From Octopus vulgaris (Eukaryota), in the NCBI GenBank assembly GCA_951406725.2, contig OX597826.1, forward strand, positions 45,570,001 through 45,634,000: 64,000 nucleotides of DNA, read 5' to 3'. Of this stretch, positions 1 through 17,246 are shown piece by piece. Numbering within the stretch: the first letter of the stretch is position 1; each line of letters starts with the position of its first letter. The position numbers and the translations under genes were made by a program. Below the pieces are notes generated by a model. The model was not told where the DNA came from. It saw only the letters and a program-made list of their open reading frames with translations, and did no database searches.

Positions 1-93
1 TGTGTGTATATGTTTATGTTTGTGTGTCTGTTTTTGTCCCACCAACATCGCTTGACAACAGATGCTGGTGTGTTTACGTCCCCGTAACTTAGC
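1..93 (+). mobile_element. SINE family A, partial 3' module cut by window start and by a SINE B insertion
   Basis: Matches the catcgcttgacaaccgatgctggtgtgtttacgtccccgtaacttagc module of the full copies. Confidence 0.8.
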
Positions 94-308
94 TCTTTGA
101 AATACAGGTACAACAGAAACAGGAAGTAAGAGTGAGAGAAAGTTGTGGTGAAAGAGTACAGTAGGGATCACCACCATCCCCTGCCGGAGCCTCGTGGAGC
201 TTTAGGTGTTTTTGCTCAATAAACACTCACAACGCCCGGTCTGGGAATCGAAACCGCGATCCTACGACCGCGAGTCCGCTGCCCTAACCACTGGGCCATT
301 GCGCCTCC
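94..308 (-). mobile_element. tRNA-derived SINE family B
   Basis: Minus strand begins gaggcgcaatggcccagtggttaggg...ggtttcgattccc (Pol III A/B-box-like); same head at 17570-17688. Confidence 0.8.
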
Positions 309-605
309 TCATTTATTTATATATAATTAGAAGAAAAATAGGATTAAAAAATCCTGGCAGATATCAATACAGCACTCACTATTAAAACAATTTAGTTAAC
401 AATATTCAACAATTAGACACGGATAAATGTAAGTAGAATACAGATCCCAGGTAGATCTTGATATATGAGTGGCAAATCCAAATACCCTTTGACAGAATAT
501 CGAGAAATTTAGAGTATTTGACAACAAAAAATACGTATAGAGAAAATGATATCTTTATTATAAATCTCACATTATAAAGCCGACACTTGTTTCTATTGTA
601 TTGAC

Positions 606-671
<66 letters not shown>

Positions 672-673
<2 letters not shown>

Positions 674-872
674 CCGGGTGTGTACCGTTAGCGATTTTTT
701 TTTCCTCTGTCTTCCTTTCTCTGGATCTTTCCTTCTCCTATGTTTCCGACGAAGAGCTCCGCTCGAAACGTTAAACCTTCCTTCTTCCCTTCCTGAGTGT
801 CCAATAATACTATATTTGTTCCACGTCCTCGCGTTGTTGTGTTTTCTCTTTGTGTTTTCATGTTTGGATTAA
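672..872 (+). mobile_element. Penelope-like pseudo-LTR repeat (family P1) carrying a minimal hammerhead
   Basis: ~200 bp repeated at 4625-4815 and 48840-49030, each beside a microsatellite; hammerhead core inside. Confidence 0.7.
742..776 (+). ncRNA. Minimal type I hammerhead ribozyme motif (U4C variant)
   Basis: gttt-CCGACGA-A-GAGC tcc GCTC-GAAAC-GTT/aaac; stem I gttt/aaac, stem II GAGC/GCTC, palindromic ACGT stem III. Confidence 0.6.
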
Positions 873-1652
873 CTTTATATATATATATATATATATATTA
901 ATCCGCTTTAGAAAGGTGGGGGTGGAGTAAGTGAGAGGTGGAGTGAGAGAGAGAGAAAGATAGAGAGAGGGCGAGTGAAGAAAGAAGAGAGGAAGAAGTA
1001 GAGAAAGGTGGTTAATATTAATACGCTTTGGCCAAATGGTCACGTGGTCAGCTGAAGCGAAAGACGAAGAACGAAAGAAAAAGACGACGAGAGAAAAGGA
1101 AAGATAGAGAGAGAGGAGTGTTAACGATATGCGGTGGGTGGGGAAGGAATACTTATTACGTGATTAAAAAGTTAACTGATAGGAAAGATAGATAGAGAGA
1201 AATGGAGAGAGAGAGAGAGGGGTAGGTAGCAGTGGTGGTGTGTGGATAGTGAAAAGTAGTTTCATTTATTGAACCAATTCTTTTTATATAGGGAGCCTCG
1301 TTTAATGCATGCTCGCTTAAGGAATTGATATTTGTTTATAAGGGACAATTTAGCCGAAACCCTGGATTCACAAGAAACACGATTGCAAGCTACTCGAGAA
1401 AGGTTGTACAGATATAGATCACGGGTCAGAGAGGAACAGCGAGAAAATATAATAAAAAGACGGAGACGCGAGGAAATTAATGTAGACGAATGTGAAGAAT
1501 ACTTAAAGAATGCTAAACTATGAATGCTATGAAAATGCAATTCATCCTTTTTTTCTTAAATAGATCCTCTTAATTTTTTCCATCCCGTGGAATTTCCATG
1601 GTCCCACTAGTATACATACATACACACACATACACACATATACATACATATA

Positions 1653-2995
1653 TAAAAGAAAATAGAAAGATAATTTATAAATTAGTATGTATTAATTAAG
1701 AAATTGACAAACATCCTTTACAGCTGTTTCAATTGAAGACCTTAAGAAAATTAATTAATAAAAATTTAAAATTGTTTGAAAGTCGAATCTCGTCTGGCGT
1801 AGTTTAAGATATACAAAATAAGCGTTAAATTCCTGCATGTTGGCTAAACGGCTGCAAACCGTTAACTGATGAATTTATATATAGAGAACATAGTATAAAA
1901 CATGGTATAGACCCAAGAAAGGTGAGTAAGGTTGTGTATATTAGAGTTGTAAAGTAATAATAGATCAATATATTCATCTAGAGTGTTTAGTATTAAAAAA
2001 ACTGAAGTAGATATATTGTATAAATGTCATATATTGTGATATTATGTCCATCCATATTAAATCAATAGGAAATTAGTTTTTTAACCCTTTCGATATTTAT
2101 AATAAGTAATAGATTGCCTGGAATGTCTTTTACCATAATTAGATATTAATAATAACTATACACACGTGAATTAAACTCTACATACTAATTTTTTATTGAT
2201 TTAATATGGATGGACATAATATCATAATATATGACATTTATACCAATATATCTACTTGAGGTTTCTTATACTAATCACTCTTGATGATAGGCGTAGGAGT
2301 GGCTGTGTAGTAAGTATCTTGCTTACCAACCACATGGTTCCGGGTTCAGTCCCACTGCGTGGCACCTTGGGCAAGTATCTTCTACTATAGCCTTGGGCCG
2401 ACCGAAGCCTTGTGAGTGGATTTGGTAGACGGAAACTGAAAGAAGCCCGTCGTATATATGTATATATACATGTGTGTATGTTTGCGTGTCTGTGTCTGTC
2501 CACCCAACATCACTTGACAACCGCTGCTGGTGTGTTTACGTCCCCGTCACTCAGCGGTTCGGCGAAAGGGACCGATAGAATAAGTAATAGGCTTACAAAG
2601 AATAAGTCCTGGGGTCGATTTTCACGACTAAAAGGCGGTGCTCCAGCATGGCCATAGTCAAATGACTGAAACAAGTAAAAGAGAGTATTCTTACTTTACA
2701 ACTCCAATATACACAAACTTATTCCCCTTTCTAAGGTCTATACCATGTTTTATACTATATTATTTATGTATAAATTTCATCAGTTAACGGTTTGCAGCCG
2801 TTTACTCAACATGCAGGAATTGAACACCTATTTTATATATCTTAAACTACGTCTGAGGAGATTCGACTTCAAATAATTTTCAATTTTAGTAATTATTTTT
2901 CTTAAGGTCTTGAACTGAAACAGCTGTAAGGGTTGTTTGACACTTTTTTAATTAGTAACTAATAATTCATTAATTATCTCTCTATTTTCTTATCT
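1653..2995. repeat. Long imperfect inverted repeat (foldback), right arm interrupted by SINE A
   Basis: 1653-2080 is the reverse complement of 2183-2288 plus 2687-2995 (e.g. aaacggctgcaaaccgttaactgatgaa / ttcatcagttaacggtttgcagccgttt). Confidence 0.85.
2290..2686 (+). mobile_element. SINE family A, full length
   Basis: tRNA-like head (tggctgtgtagtaag...ggttcagtccc), ccttgggcaagt segment, internal (TA)/(TG) tract, gtaaaaga tail. Confidence 0.9.
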
Positions 2996-3080
2996 TATTT
3001 TAATAAATAAATACATATAAACTACGGTAACTAACCAGTAATTTCATCGAATTTTGCTATCCCTCAATGAGGTTTGCAAT

Positions 3081-3148
<68 letters not shown>

Positions 3149-3202
3149 GCGTATGCGTGTTTGTGTGATTGTAAATATAATATATATATATATATATATA
3201 TA

Positions 3203-4244
3203 TTGGGTTTGCAAGAAGGTAATTTCGTTTTCGCAAATAGAGCTGCGATCTTTTTGAATGACTTTTGTCAATGCTATGATTTTTTCCCTTTTGACATTTG
3301 AAAGTTGTTACTGTTAGCTTACTTTAGAAGCAAATTCCGCGTAATTTTGTTTACAGCTGTTATTTCAGTGTCAATTTTATCATGGAGTGCAAAAACGAAC
3401 ATTTTCGCCATATTTTGTTTTTTTTTTATTTCCGGAAAGGCAAGAAAGCTTGTGAGGCTCACAAAAACATCTGTGAAGTTTATGGTGTTGATTGCATAAC
3501 AGAAGGCACATGTCAGAAATGGTTTTCCAAATTCCGTTCTGAAGATTTTTCACTCAAAGATGATCAACGTTCTGGTCGACCTACCGAAGTTGTTGATGAC
3601 CAAATCAAAGTCAAAATTGAATCTGATTGTCATATAACTGTGTGAGAGATTGCCGAGATGTTAACCACATCACACACATCAACTAAAATCACTTAAAATA
3701 CCTTGGACTCGTTAAGAAACTCGATATTTGGGTTCCGCGCAAATTGAAAGAGATTCACTTAATACAACGTATCGATATTTGCGATATGTGTCTCGAACGC
3801 AATGAAATCAACCTTTTTAAAAACCAATCATCCCTGGTGATCGAGAATGGATTATCTACAATAAAATCAATCGAAATCTATCATGGTCCAAGCGTAATGA
3901 ACTAGCAAAATCTGAATTGCATAAAAAAGGTCATGCTGTCAATTTGTGGGATTTACAAAGGTGCTGTGTATTTTCAGCTGCTTTGAAGGAACCAAACGAT
4001 CAATTTAGATGATTACTGTCAACAACTAATGAAACTGGAGGAAGCAATCAAAGAAAAACGGCGAGAATTGGCTAATAAGACCCAGAAGTTCTGTGAGCAC
4101 GGAATCAGGAAGTTGCCATAAAGATGGCAAAAGGTCATCGAACAAAATGGAAAATATATAATTGATTAACGTTCATTCTTTGTAAGAAGAAAAATGACTT
4201 TTACTTCACACTAAATACCCGAAATTACTTTCTTCCCAACCCAA
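3203..4244 (+). mobile_element. Mariner DNA transposon, internally deleted
   Basis: TIRs ttgggtttgcaagaaggtaatttcg / cgaaattactttcttcccaacccaa, flanked by TA. Confidence 0.9.
3382..4169 (+). pseudogene. Mariner transposase pseudogene
   Basis: MECKNEHFRHIL..WFSKFRS..RSGRP HTH region, WVPxxL-like motif, GDxxW catalytic start, KYIID* end; stops, frameshifts and a deletion. Confidence 0.9.
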
Positions 4245-4492
4245 TATATATATATGTGTGTGTGTGTGTGTATACATATATATAAAACTACTAACTAACT
4301 GGAACATAAACAAACCAAAACCGGTGGGCAATGGAAACAAACATACTCATATATGTATTGATTGGCCCGTGACAACAGTAAAATATATGATGATGAGCAG
4401 TGGAACTGAACACAAAACCGCATGATTGCAAAATGAGCTTCTTAACTACATAGCCGTGTTTACGTATCTATCTATCTGTCTATCTATCTATC

Positions 4493-4523
<31 letters not shown>

Positions 4524-4624
4524 CTATCTATCAATCTATCTATCTATCTATCTATCACTCTATCTATACGCATTTTGTATGTGTGTATGTATACATATGT
4601 ATGTGCATATATGATTCAAAATGT

Positions 4625-4815
4625 GACCGCGTGTCTTTTTCCTCTGTCTTCTCTTCTCTGGATCTTTCCTTCTCCTATGTTTCTGACGAAGAGCTCCGCT
4701 CGAAACGTTAAACCCTCCTTCTTTCCTTCTTTCCTGAGCGTCCAATAATACTATATTTGTTCCACGTCCTCGCGTTGCTGTGTTTTTTTGTGCTTTCATG
4801 TTTGGATTAACTTTA
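4625..4815 (+). mobile_element. Penelope-like pseudo-LTR repeat P1, second copy
   Basis: High identity to 672-872. Confidence 0.7.
4679..4713 (+). ncRNA. Minimal type I hammerhead ribozyme, intact core
   Basis: gttt-CTGACGA-A-GAGC tcc GCTC-GAAAC-GTT/aaac. Confidence 0.75.
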
Positions 4816-4820
4816 TATTT

Positions 4821-4912
<92 letters not shown>

Positions 4913-4935
4913 GAGGCTGTCAGAATGATGTAGAC

Positions 4936-4978
4936 GCCTCTGATGAGAACCCAATAAGGTTCAAAAGTTGATTAAGGT
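4936..4978 (+). ncRNA. Degenerate hammerhead motif (G12A)
   Basis: gcct-CTGATGA-GAACC caataa GGTTC-AAAA-g ttga t-TA/aggt. Confidence 0.5.
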
Positions 4979-4994
4979 TGTTTATTATTTTATA

Positions 4995-5398
4995 GGCGCA
5001 GGAGTGGCTGTGTGGTAAGTTGCTTGCTATCCAGCCACATGGTTCCGGGTTCAGTCCCACTGCGTGGCATCTTGGGCAAGTGTCTTCTGCTATAGCCCCG
5101 GGCCGCCCAATGCCTTGTGAGTGGATTTGGTAGACGGAAACTGAAGGAAGCCTGTCGTATATATGTATATATATATATGTGTGTGTGGGTTTGTGTGCCT
5201 GTGTTTGTCCCCCTAGCATTGCTTGACAACCGATGCTAGTGTGTTTACGTCCCCGTCACTTAGCGGTTCGGCAAAAGAGACCGATAGAATAAGTACTGGG
5301 CTTACAAAGAATAAGTGCCGGGGTCAATTTGCTCGACTAAAGGCGGTGCTCCAGCATAGCCGCAGTCAAATGACTGAAACAAGTAAAAGAGAAAAGAG
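4995..5398 (+). mobile_element. SINE family A, full length
   Basis: Same head, tail and internal microsatellite as 2290-2686. Confidence 0.9.
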
Positions 5399-5400
5399 AA

Positions 5401-5431
<31 letters not shown>

Positions 5432-5565
5432 TATAGATATATAGCTATATATATGTATGTGCATATATATAAACACACATATATATATGTGTGTGCATTA
5501 TGTATGTATGTATGCCTGTATGTGTGTGAGCATACACGCACATACACTCCCAGACACACAAACAT

Positions 5566-5639
<74 letters not shown>

Positions 5640-6129
5640 GCACGTATATTACACCGACAACTAGAATACAATAGAAGGCTTCCGCTACAATTCAAGCTTT
5701 CCAAATCCGCTGTTTTATCTATTCATAATTTATTCCTAGAGATAATAATTTATTTCTAGAGATAATACATCTAACATTGGTTATTAATGACCAGAAATTT
5801 CATTCACAATAAAAACATGATTTGTGTAGGTGGATCCGTATCTTCACAAAAAGAAATTGGTTTCTTATCCTCTATCATTCATAATTGTTTCACTTGTTGA
5901 TATTTTTGTTGAAATAGTAGACGGTGTTGTTATTTAACCCCCTAGGAAACCTCAGTTCTTCATATATATGATGAAAATTGTTCTAGTTGAGATCAGTCTG
6001 TGCTTGTTTCAAGCAAAGTATATGGAGAACTAAATTACTCAGTGTATCGTTCCGACATTCGAAGGGAACAGGAAGATATTCGAGGGAAATTAAGTTGTTA
6101 TTTCTAGCAGATCGAGTGAATGTATTCAG

Positions 6130-6436
6130 CAGGGCTTTCTAAACTTTGTGCCGCGGAACTTTAGTGTTCTTCTGATTGATAATCTCTTGGTGTGCTGCGA
6201 AATCAAATCAAATTTAATTTAATTTTTATGAATAAGCCGGCTGTGCGATATTTGAAGGATGTTTGAGATCTAATGGCGCTGCGTTTAATTAGACTTGTGA
6301 CACGTGATATTATATTTAATTTTTTTTTTAATTTATTTTATTAATTTTGTGTTTGGTAACAAATGTAATTAATGTGTCACGAACAATTTTATTTTTAAAA
6401 TCAGAACCACCATTTTGAAAAGTTTGGAAAGCTCTG
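6130..6436. mobile_element. hAT-type non-autonomous element (MITE)
   Basis: TIRs cagggctttctaaactt / aagtttggaaagctctg; 8-bp flanks gtattcag / gtattaag (7/8 match). Confidence 0.75.
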
Positions 6437-6904
6437 GTATTAAGAAACTTTATCACTGGCAGGGGCTGAAATAATTGACGCCATTCATTCATAGTGTCAT
6501 ATAAAACAGTAGATCGGTCAAGTTGTTAGAGCGTCGGACAGTATTCCACGCGGTATTTGCTATCTGAGTCCATGCACCCATAGGGCGCGATTTTGTCTTT
6601 CATCCATTCGGATTTATTTTCTATATTTTTTTAAAAAACAGAAAAATAAAGATAATCCAAAGCGGTGGATTGATAGAATTAAAACATCGGATCAGATACA
6701 TGACGGCAATTTATTCCGTCTCCTTGCATTGTGAATGCAAATTGCTCCATGGCAACATGAGTATCATTCGGTTCGCTAACACCACGTAGCAGCTTGGACC
6801 CTTCAATGGTATCCATACGATTTCAAGCATTCGAGCCAGGTCCCTCGATTTGAGAAGGCCTTCTTCTATGTCATCCCCCTTCCCTTCCACTAGTTTTAGT
6901 GTAA

Positions 6905-7232
6905 AGAACCCCTTCGGTCATGTATGACCATGAGATTGCACCTTGAACGTGCCTCCTCCTAGGTACAAGTCCGAGGCAAGATTGTTTATGGAAGACTAGC
7001 AGTCGCCCAAGCATACCAGTCGACCCCTCTCCGCGCGCCAGGGGAAGGGCAAAGGGGCTGATACAGCTTGGCACCAGCGACATCGCGGCTCATTCCTACA
7101 GCTGAATGAACTGGAGTAACGTGAAATAAAGTATCTTGCTCAAAAACACAACACAAAGCCCGGTCTGGCAATCGAACCCACTATCTCATGATTGTGAGCG
7201 CGACGCTCTAACTACTGAGTCATGCACCTTCA
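6905..7232 (-). mobile_element. tRNA-derived SINE family D
   Basis: Head ggtgcatgactcagtagttagagcgtc...ggttcgattgcc followed by ttgagcaagatactttatttcacgtt; related copies at 19712 and 54865. Confidence 0.8.
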
Positions 7233-7624
7233 CATGTCTTAGAGGTCCAGCAAAAGGTCGTCGGTACTGTTCTGTCCTTCTGACGATGAGACTTTTAAAA
7301 ATGCGGCTTGAACAAAACAGTTTCTTCGCTACTACACAATAACGTTGGAAATAAAAAAACATCATGGTAAATTAAATATATATATATTGGAAATATAGAA
7401 ATTATATCTAAAAAACTAGATGTCGATGACATAGAATGTAGGTTTTCCTATCATAAATCATTTAAGCCTTTCCTTTCACACTTTTCTCTCCTTTATTTCT
7501 AGTTCTTCCTCTCTCTCTTTCTCTTTCTCTCTCTCTCTCTCTCTCATCTCTTCCCCCACCTCTCTCTCTCTATCAACCTATCAATCTTTCTCTATATCTA
7601 TTTTTCAAATTATCCGTTCAAACT

Positions 7625-7689
7625 CTATCAATCTATCTAACTATCTATCTATCTATCTATCTATCTATCTGTCTGTCTGTCTGTCTGTA

Positions 7690-7721
<32 letters not shown>

Positions 7722-7744
7722 AAGCTATATATCTGTCTATCTGT

Positions 7745-7794
<50 letters not shown>

Positions 7795-7803
7795 GTCTAT
7801 CTG

Positions 7804-7835
<32 letters not shown>

Positions 7836-7888
7836 CCTATCTATCTATCTATCTATCTACCTATCTATCTATCTATCTATCTATCTAT
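7625..7888. repeat. (TCTA)n microsatellite
   Basis: Direct reading. Confidence 0.95.
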
Positions 7889-9155
7889 ATTATCTACCAA
7901 ACTCCGTGACGTTATATCTCTTATTCTCATATGACAGCTTTTATATCCCTCTCATACTTCCTCCCATTTTCTCCCTCTATTTCTCTTTCTCTCTATCTAT
8001 GTGCCTATATCTCTCTCTTCCTCTCTCTCTCTCTATCTCTCGATCATTCATTATGTACGTTTATATGAACACTGTCTATTTATTTATATTTAATTCATCA
8101 CTACGTTTATCCTACACTGAACTAGTTCATTTTGACTTCTTCACTTCATACATCTGTCATCATATCCAACCTCACACCTAAGTCCCTGTATATCTCTGCC
8201 AATGTCATCACGGCAGTTATACCCTTCTCCTTTCCATCCTCTTCGTTCTCTGTAATTTCACTCTCCAGCCTCCATTTAAACTTCTGTTAATGTAACAAAT
8301 ACTAACCATAATCTCTACCTGCGAACGTCTTCGGAACAATGAAATGATATGAGCCATTAGTCACACTTACCGGCCCCGCTTGGTGTTTTTGTGAGCATTC
8401 TGTATCGTCAGTGAAATGCCAGGAAGTAATAGCAAAGACCTAATGGTTAGGGTTTTCGGTTAATAATCATACGGCAATGGGTTCGATTCGTGCACCGGGA
8501 GCTTTTGGCTTGTGCCCTTCGGTCAAGAACATCATTTCACGTTGCTCCAGTCCACTCACCTGTAAAGAGTACTGAGTACTGGGACAGTTCTCTTTCCTAG
8601 ATGCTCCGTAGGGTTAATGAAGAGGGAGCCGAGAAGTTGTTTATGCTTGCTCGCGTTTTAAGTAGACATTTCTAATAATCAAAGAATGTACGGTTCATTT
8701 TACAAAGCAGTGCACGCTTGCAAGTGACTTGTGGTTGAACTATGGTGAAGAGCTTTATTATATTGTTTTATAGTTGTTTTGTTGTCATTTTTCTTTTTTG
8801 CTGTTTGTCAATTTTTTTCTTTTTTCATTTTAATTTTCACCTATTTGTTCAAGTTTATATTTATTTATTTGTTTGTTTCAATTATTCATTTATTTAGAAT
8901 ATAATTCAAATTTCAGTCATGAAAATGAACGTCAGTGTGTTTCAAAGCCATATGTCTCAAAAAAAAAAGGTCATTGGAAAATGTGGCTGCACTCGAACAT
9001 AGTTTGAGAGATCATTGAATGAACAGAACTGATTTGTGGAATGTCCTAACTCAACCAAACCAGTATTCTATTGGGTTTTTATGACTTTAAATTATATTTT
9101 GTTTTAGTTATGTTTTATTGTAATTTTTATATATTTCTGTGCAAATACGTCTGTA

Positions 9156-9275
<120 letters not shown>

Positions 9276-9387
9276 GAGGAATATGGTACTTAATTTGAGG
9301 CACTAGAATTTAGTACGGTATTATCCATACAATTTCAAAGTAAGGTGATTAAAATCAAAATAAGCAACAAGGATATCCAGAAGCAAT

Positions 9388-9472
9388 GCAGTACGATCGT
9401 TTCATGTAACTCCATTTAATTGAAAAATGCAATCATTGCATCAATTTAAAATGCAGAGCAATCTTCAGCAGC
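9388..9472 (-). ncRNA. Type I hammerhead motif with long stem II
   Basis: Minus strand: gctg-CTGAAGA-ttgctctgcattttaaattg ATGCAAT g ATTGCAT ttttcaattaaatggagttacat-GAAACGATCGTA/ctgc. Confidence 0.6.
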
Positions 9473-9760
9473 ACAAAGACAGGATTAGAACAGATGGACA
9501 CATTAGTATAATTATACCTAAACTCTCCAGGAAGTTAAGGAGATACACAAAGAACATGCTGTCTCACTCCGTCTATCTCCTTAACTTCTTGGAGATTTTA
9601 AGTATAATTATACTAATATGTCCATCTGTTCTAATTTAATTAAATTCTAGGGCGGAACACTTTAAGAAAAGGATAAAAAACTTAGTTACTAAAACTATTT
9701 TTAAAAATATGTCATTACTGTATAAAATTGATTTAATCTAGGTAAATTCTATGTATTTGG

Positions 9761-9845
9761 GCAGCTGAAGATTGCTCTGCATTTTAAATTGATATTATGA
9801 TTGCATTATTCAATTAAATGGAGTTGCATGAAACGATCGTACTGC
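9761..9845 (+). ncRNA. Type I hammerhead ribozyme with long stem II
   Basis: gcag-CTGAAGA-[long hairpin]-GAAACGATCGTA/ctgc; perfect stem I gcag/ctgc, palindromic ACGATCGT stem III, GUA cleavage triplet ending at 9841. Confidence 0.7.
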
Positions 9846-9880
9846 ATTACCTCAGGATATCCTTGCTGCTTATTTTGCTG

Positions 9881-9942
<62 letters not shown>

Positions 9943-9967
9943 ATATATATATGTATATATATATATA

Positions 9968-10003
<36 letters not shown>

Positions 10004-10064
10004 AGAGAGAGAGAGAGAGAGAGGAGAGGATAATATCAATTTCAAATTTTTAAATAAATTTTTT

Positions 10065-10168
10065 AGCCCCGAAAGGATGAAAGGTAAAGTCGACCTCGGC
10101 GGAATGTGAACTCAGAACGTAGCGACGGGCGAAATACCGCAAAGCATTTCGCTCGGCGTGCTAACGAT
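10065..10168 (-). mobile_element. SINE family C, 5' part
   Basis: ggcggcgagccggcagaatcgttagc...gagttcacattcc...gtcgactttacctttcatcctttcgggg. Confidence 0.8.
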
Positions 10169-10189
10169 TCTGCCGGCTCGCCGCCCTTA

Positions 10190-10952
<763 letters not shown>

Positions 10953-11005
10953 ATAATAATAATAATAATTGTGTGAGAAGGGGGCCTTCTACTACTAGTA
11001 CTACT

Positions 11006-11274
<269 letters not shown>

Positions 11275-12546
11275 AAGAGGGAGGCCGTGGACTTTTACAA
11301 CTAGCAATAACAATGAAGATTGCTACAATTGGCCTAGACACCTACCTGAAAAACTCTGAGGACTGGATGTTTAAACTTGTCTCAAAACATGAAAACAAGA
11401 AAGCATCATACTCAGTAACAAAACAGGCAAAGGAATATCTAAGTGAATTCCGAATACAACAAATTTCGGAATTAGAGATAGACATACAAGAAACAGGCAC
11501 AGAAAAAGCTAAGCGCATGAAAACCCGTGCTAAATCTGCGGCCTTAGCTATTCTGAATGATAAATGGCAAGAAAAACCTCTCTATGGCAAATACCCAAAG
11601 AGAGCAAATAATGCAGATGTTGACAAAGCCCAGACCCATCAATAGCTAATGGCCTCTGGCTTAAAATCTGAAACAGGGGGGGGGGTTATCATAGCAACTC
11701 AAGATCAATGCCTACCAACAAGAAACTACCAGGCCAACATATTAAAGATCAGAAGCAGTCCAACGTGTCGTGTATGCCAGCAACAAAATGAAACCATTGA
11801 CCATGTGGTCTCCAAGTGCAGTCTTCTAGCACCTACAGAGTATCACAACAGACACGATAGGGCTGCACAATATATTCACTGGGTAATCTGCAAAAACCTG
11901 GATTTGCCCCATGAAAAAAACTGGTGGGAACACAAACCACCCCCAGTGCTTGAAAAATGACCATATCTCACTCCTCTGGAACTTCACCATTCAAACTGAC
12001 AGAAAGATAGATGCAAATAGGCCAGACATCATATTGAAAGACTTCAAACAAAGAACATGCCTCCTCATTGATATGACTGTCCCAATCGATATAAACGTAT
12101 CTGTCAAGACCTACCAAAAACTGAGCAAATATAAAGATCTTGAAATAGAAATCAGCAAAATGTGGAACCTGAAGACTAAAACAATAACTGTTGTCATAGG
12201 TGCCCTGGGAATGATAGCAAAAGGGGCTGGTAGCTACCTAACTCAGATACCAGGAAACTCAAAAATGGCAGAAATTCAAAAGATAGTGCTCATGGGAACT
12301 GCTCATATCCTACGCAAAATACTTTCTATGTAATCTCAAGGTTTAAAACAAACATAATTTTCGGTTTTTAAAAAAATTTTTTTTTTAGACATTCATTAGT
12401 ACAACACCAAAAACTCCCCCCCCCCAAAAAAAAAATATGGCACACTAGGCATAACAACAACATGAACTTCCAACCTGTTGTCTCTTGAGGTCTCTGGGTG
12501 AGACTTGGAGCCAACTTGTACAAATATAAAGCAAAAGTCAAACATA

Positions 12547-12547
<1 letters not shown>
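11275..12547 (+). mobile_element. 5'-truncated R4/Dong-like non-LTR retrotransposon (RLE endonuclease), pseudogenised
   Basis: EGGRGL, CRVC..ETIDHVVSKC zinc knuckle, RHD, RPDII, LIDMTVP, KLSKY, GTAHILRKIL*; 3' UTR ends in (AAT)n; TAG at 11643 and frameshift near 11955. Confidence 0.88.
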
Positions 12548-12612
<65 letters not shown>

Positions 12613-13149
12613 CAACATCGTATTTTCGAAATGCATTATCTTTTCTTGTAGAGTTATATATTAATTTTGTTGTTAATTTTTTTCCTTTTTCTAATTTTTT
12701 TTTTTATTTTTCTGTTTTTCATTTCAATTTGCATTTTTCAATTATTTGTTTATGAGTGTTTTTCTTCTTTTTTTTCTTTTTCTTATTCTTATTATTATTT
12801 TATCTATTTATATATTCATTTTATTATTATTATTATTCTTAGAATATAATCTAACTTTCAGGCATGAAAAACAAAAAGTCTTCAAGATCTTCGAAATATA
12901 TTCATCTCATTCTCAAGACTGCAAGAAAGCATATAATTTAGCATTCAGCTTCTTCTCTCGGGTTTACCTTTCTTTATTTCTGATAGCCAGAAAATCTACG
13001 TGGCTGTCCCAATGCTAGTCAAAGTGACGGTACTGACCAAGCAAAGAGACTTTATCATTCACACAGACGGGCATATTACATATATCTCTCGTCCTATCTC
13101 ACACAACAGACAAAAACAACTTGAGCAAATTCCAGCATAAATGCATTGA

Positions 13150-16922
<3,773 letters not shown>

Positions 16923-17182
16923 AGTATTCAATATATGTTCACACGACCTTGTTCCAGTTCATATATTTGCTTACTTATTTCTGGAAGCTCATTTTGTTTT
17001 AATATTGCAAATTACTCTAGATCATAAATTTTCCCGCTTGTTTTTCTGTTTTTGGTTACGTAACACAACTGTTGCGATGATGACGCCAATTGAGGCTGAA
17101 GCATTTGTCTACAGCTATCCTCTAGTGAGAAAGACATTCAGCCATTTTTCACTTAACGGTGTATTGATTATAACTGTTCAGG

Positions 17183-17246
17183 AGTTTCATGTAACCGATC
17201 ATCAGCCTGCTGTCTGATGATCCGTTACGTGAAACTTTGAGTAACA
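17183..17246 (+). ncRNA. 23-bp stem hairpin whose 3' arm contains a hammerhead-like core
   Basis: agtttcatgtaaccgatcatcag cctgctgt ctgatgatccgttacgtgaaact; tgt-CTGATGA...GAAAC t ttg a GTA/aca. Confidence 0.4.

Noticed and set aside
575-600. GAAACAAGTGTC half-hammerhead on the minus strand
   Set aside because: No CTGANGA core or stem II upstream; truncated at a microsatellite
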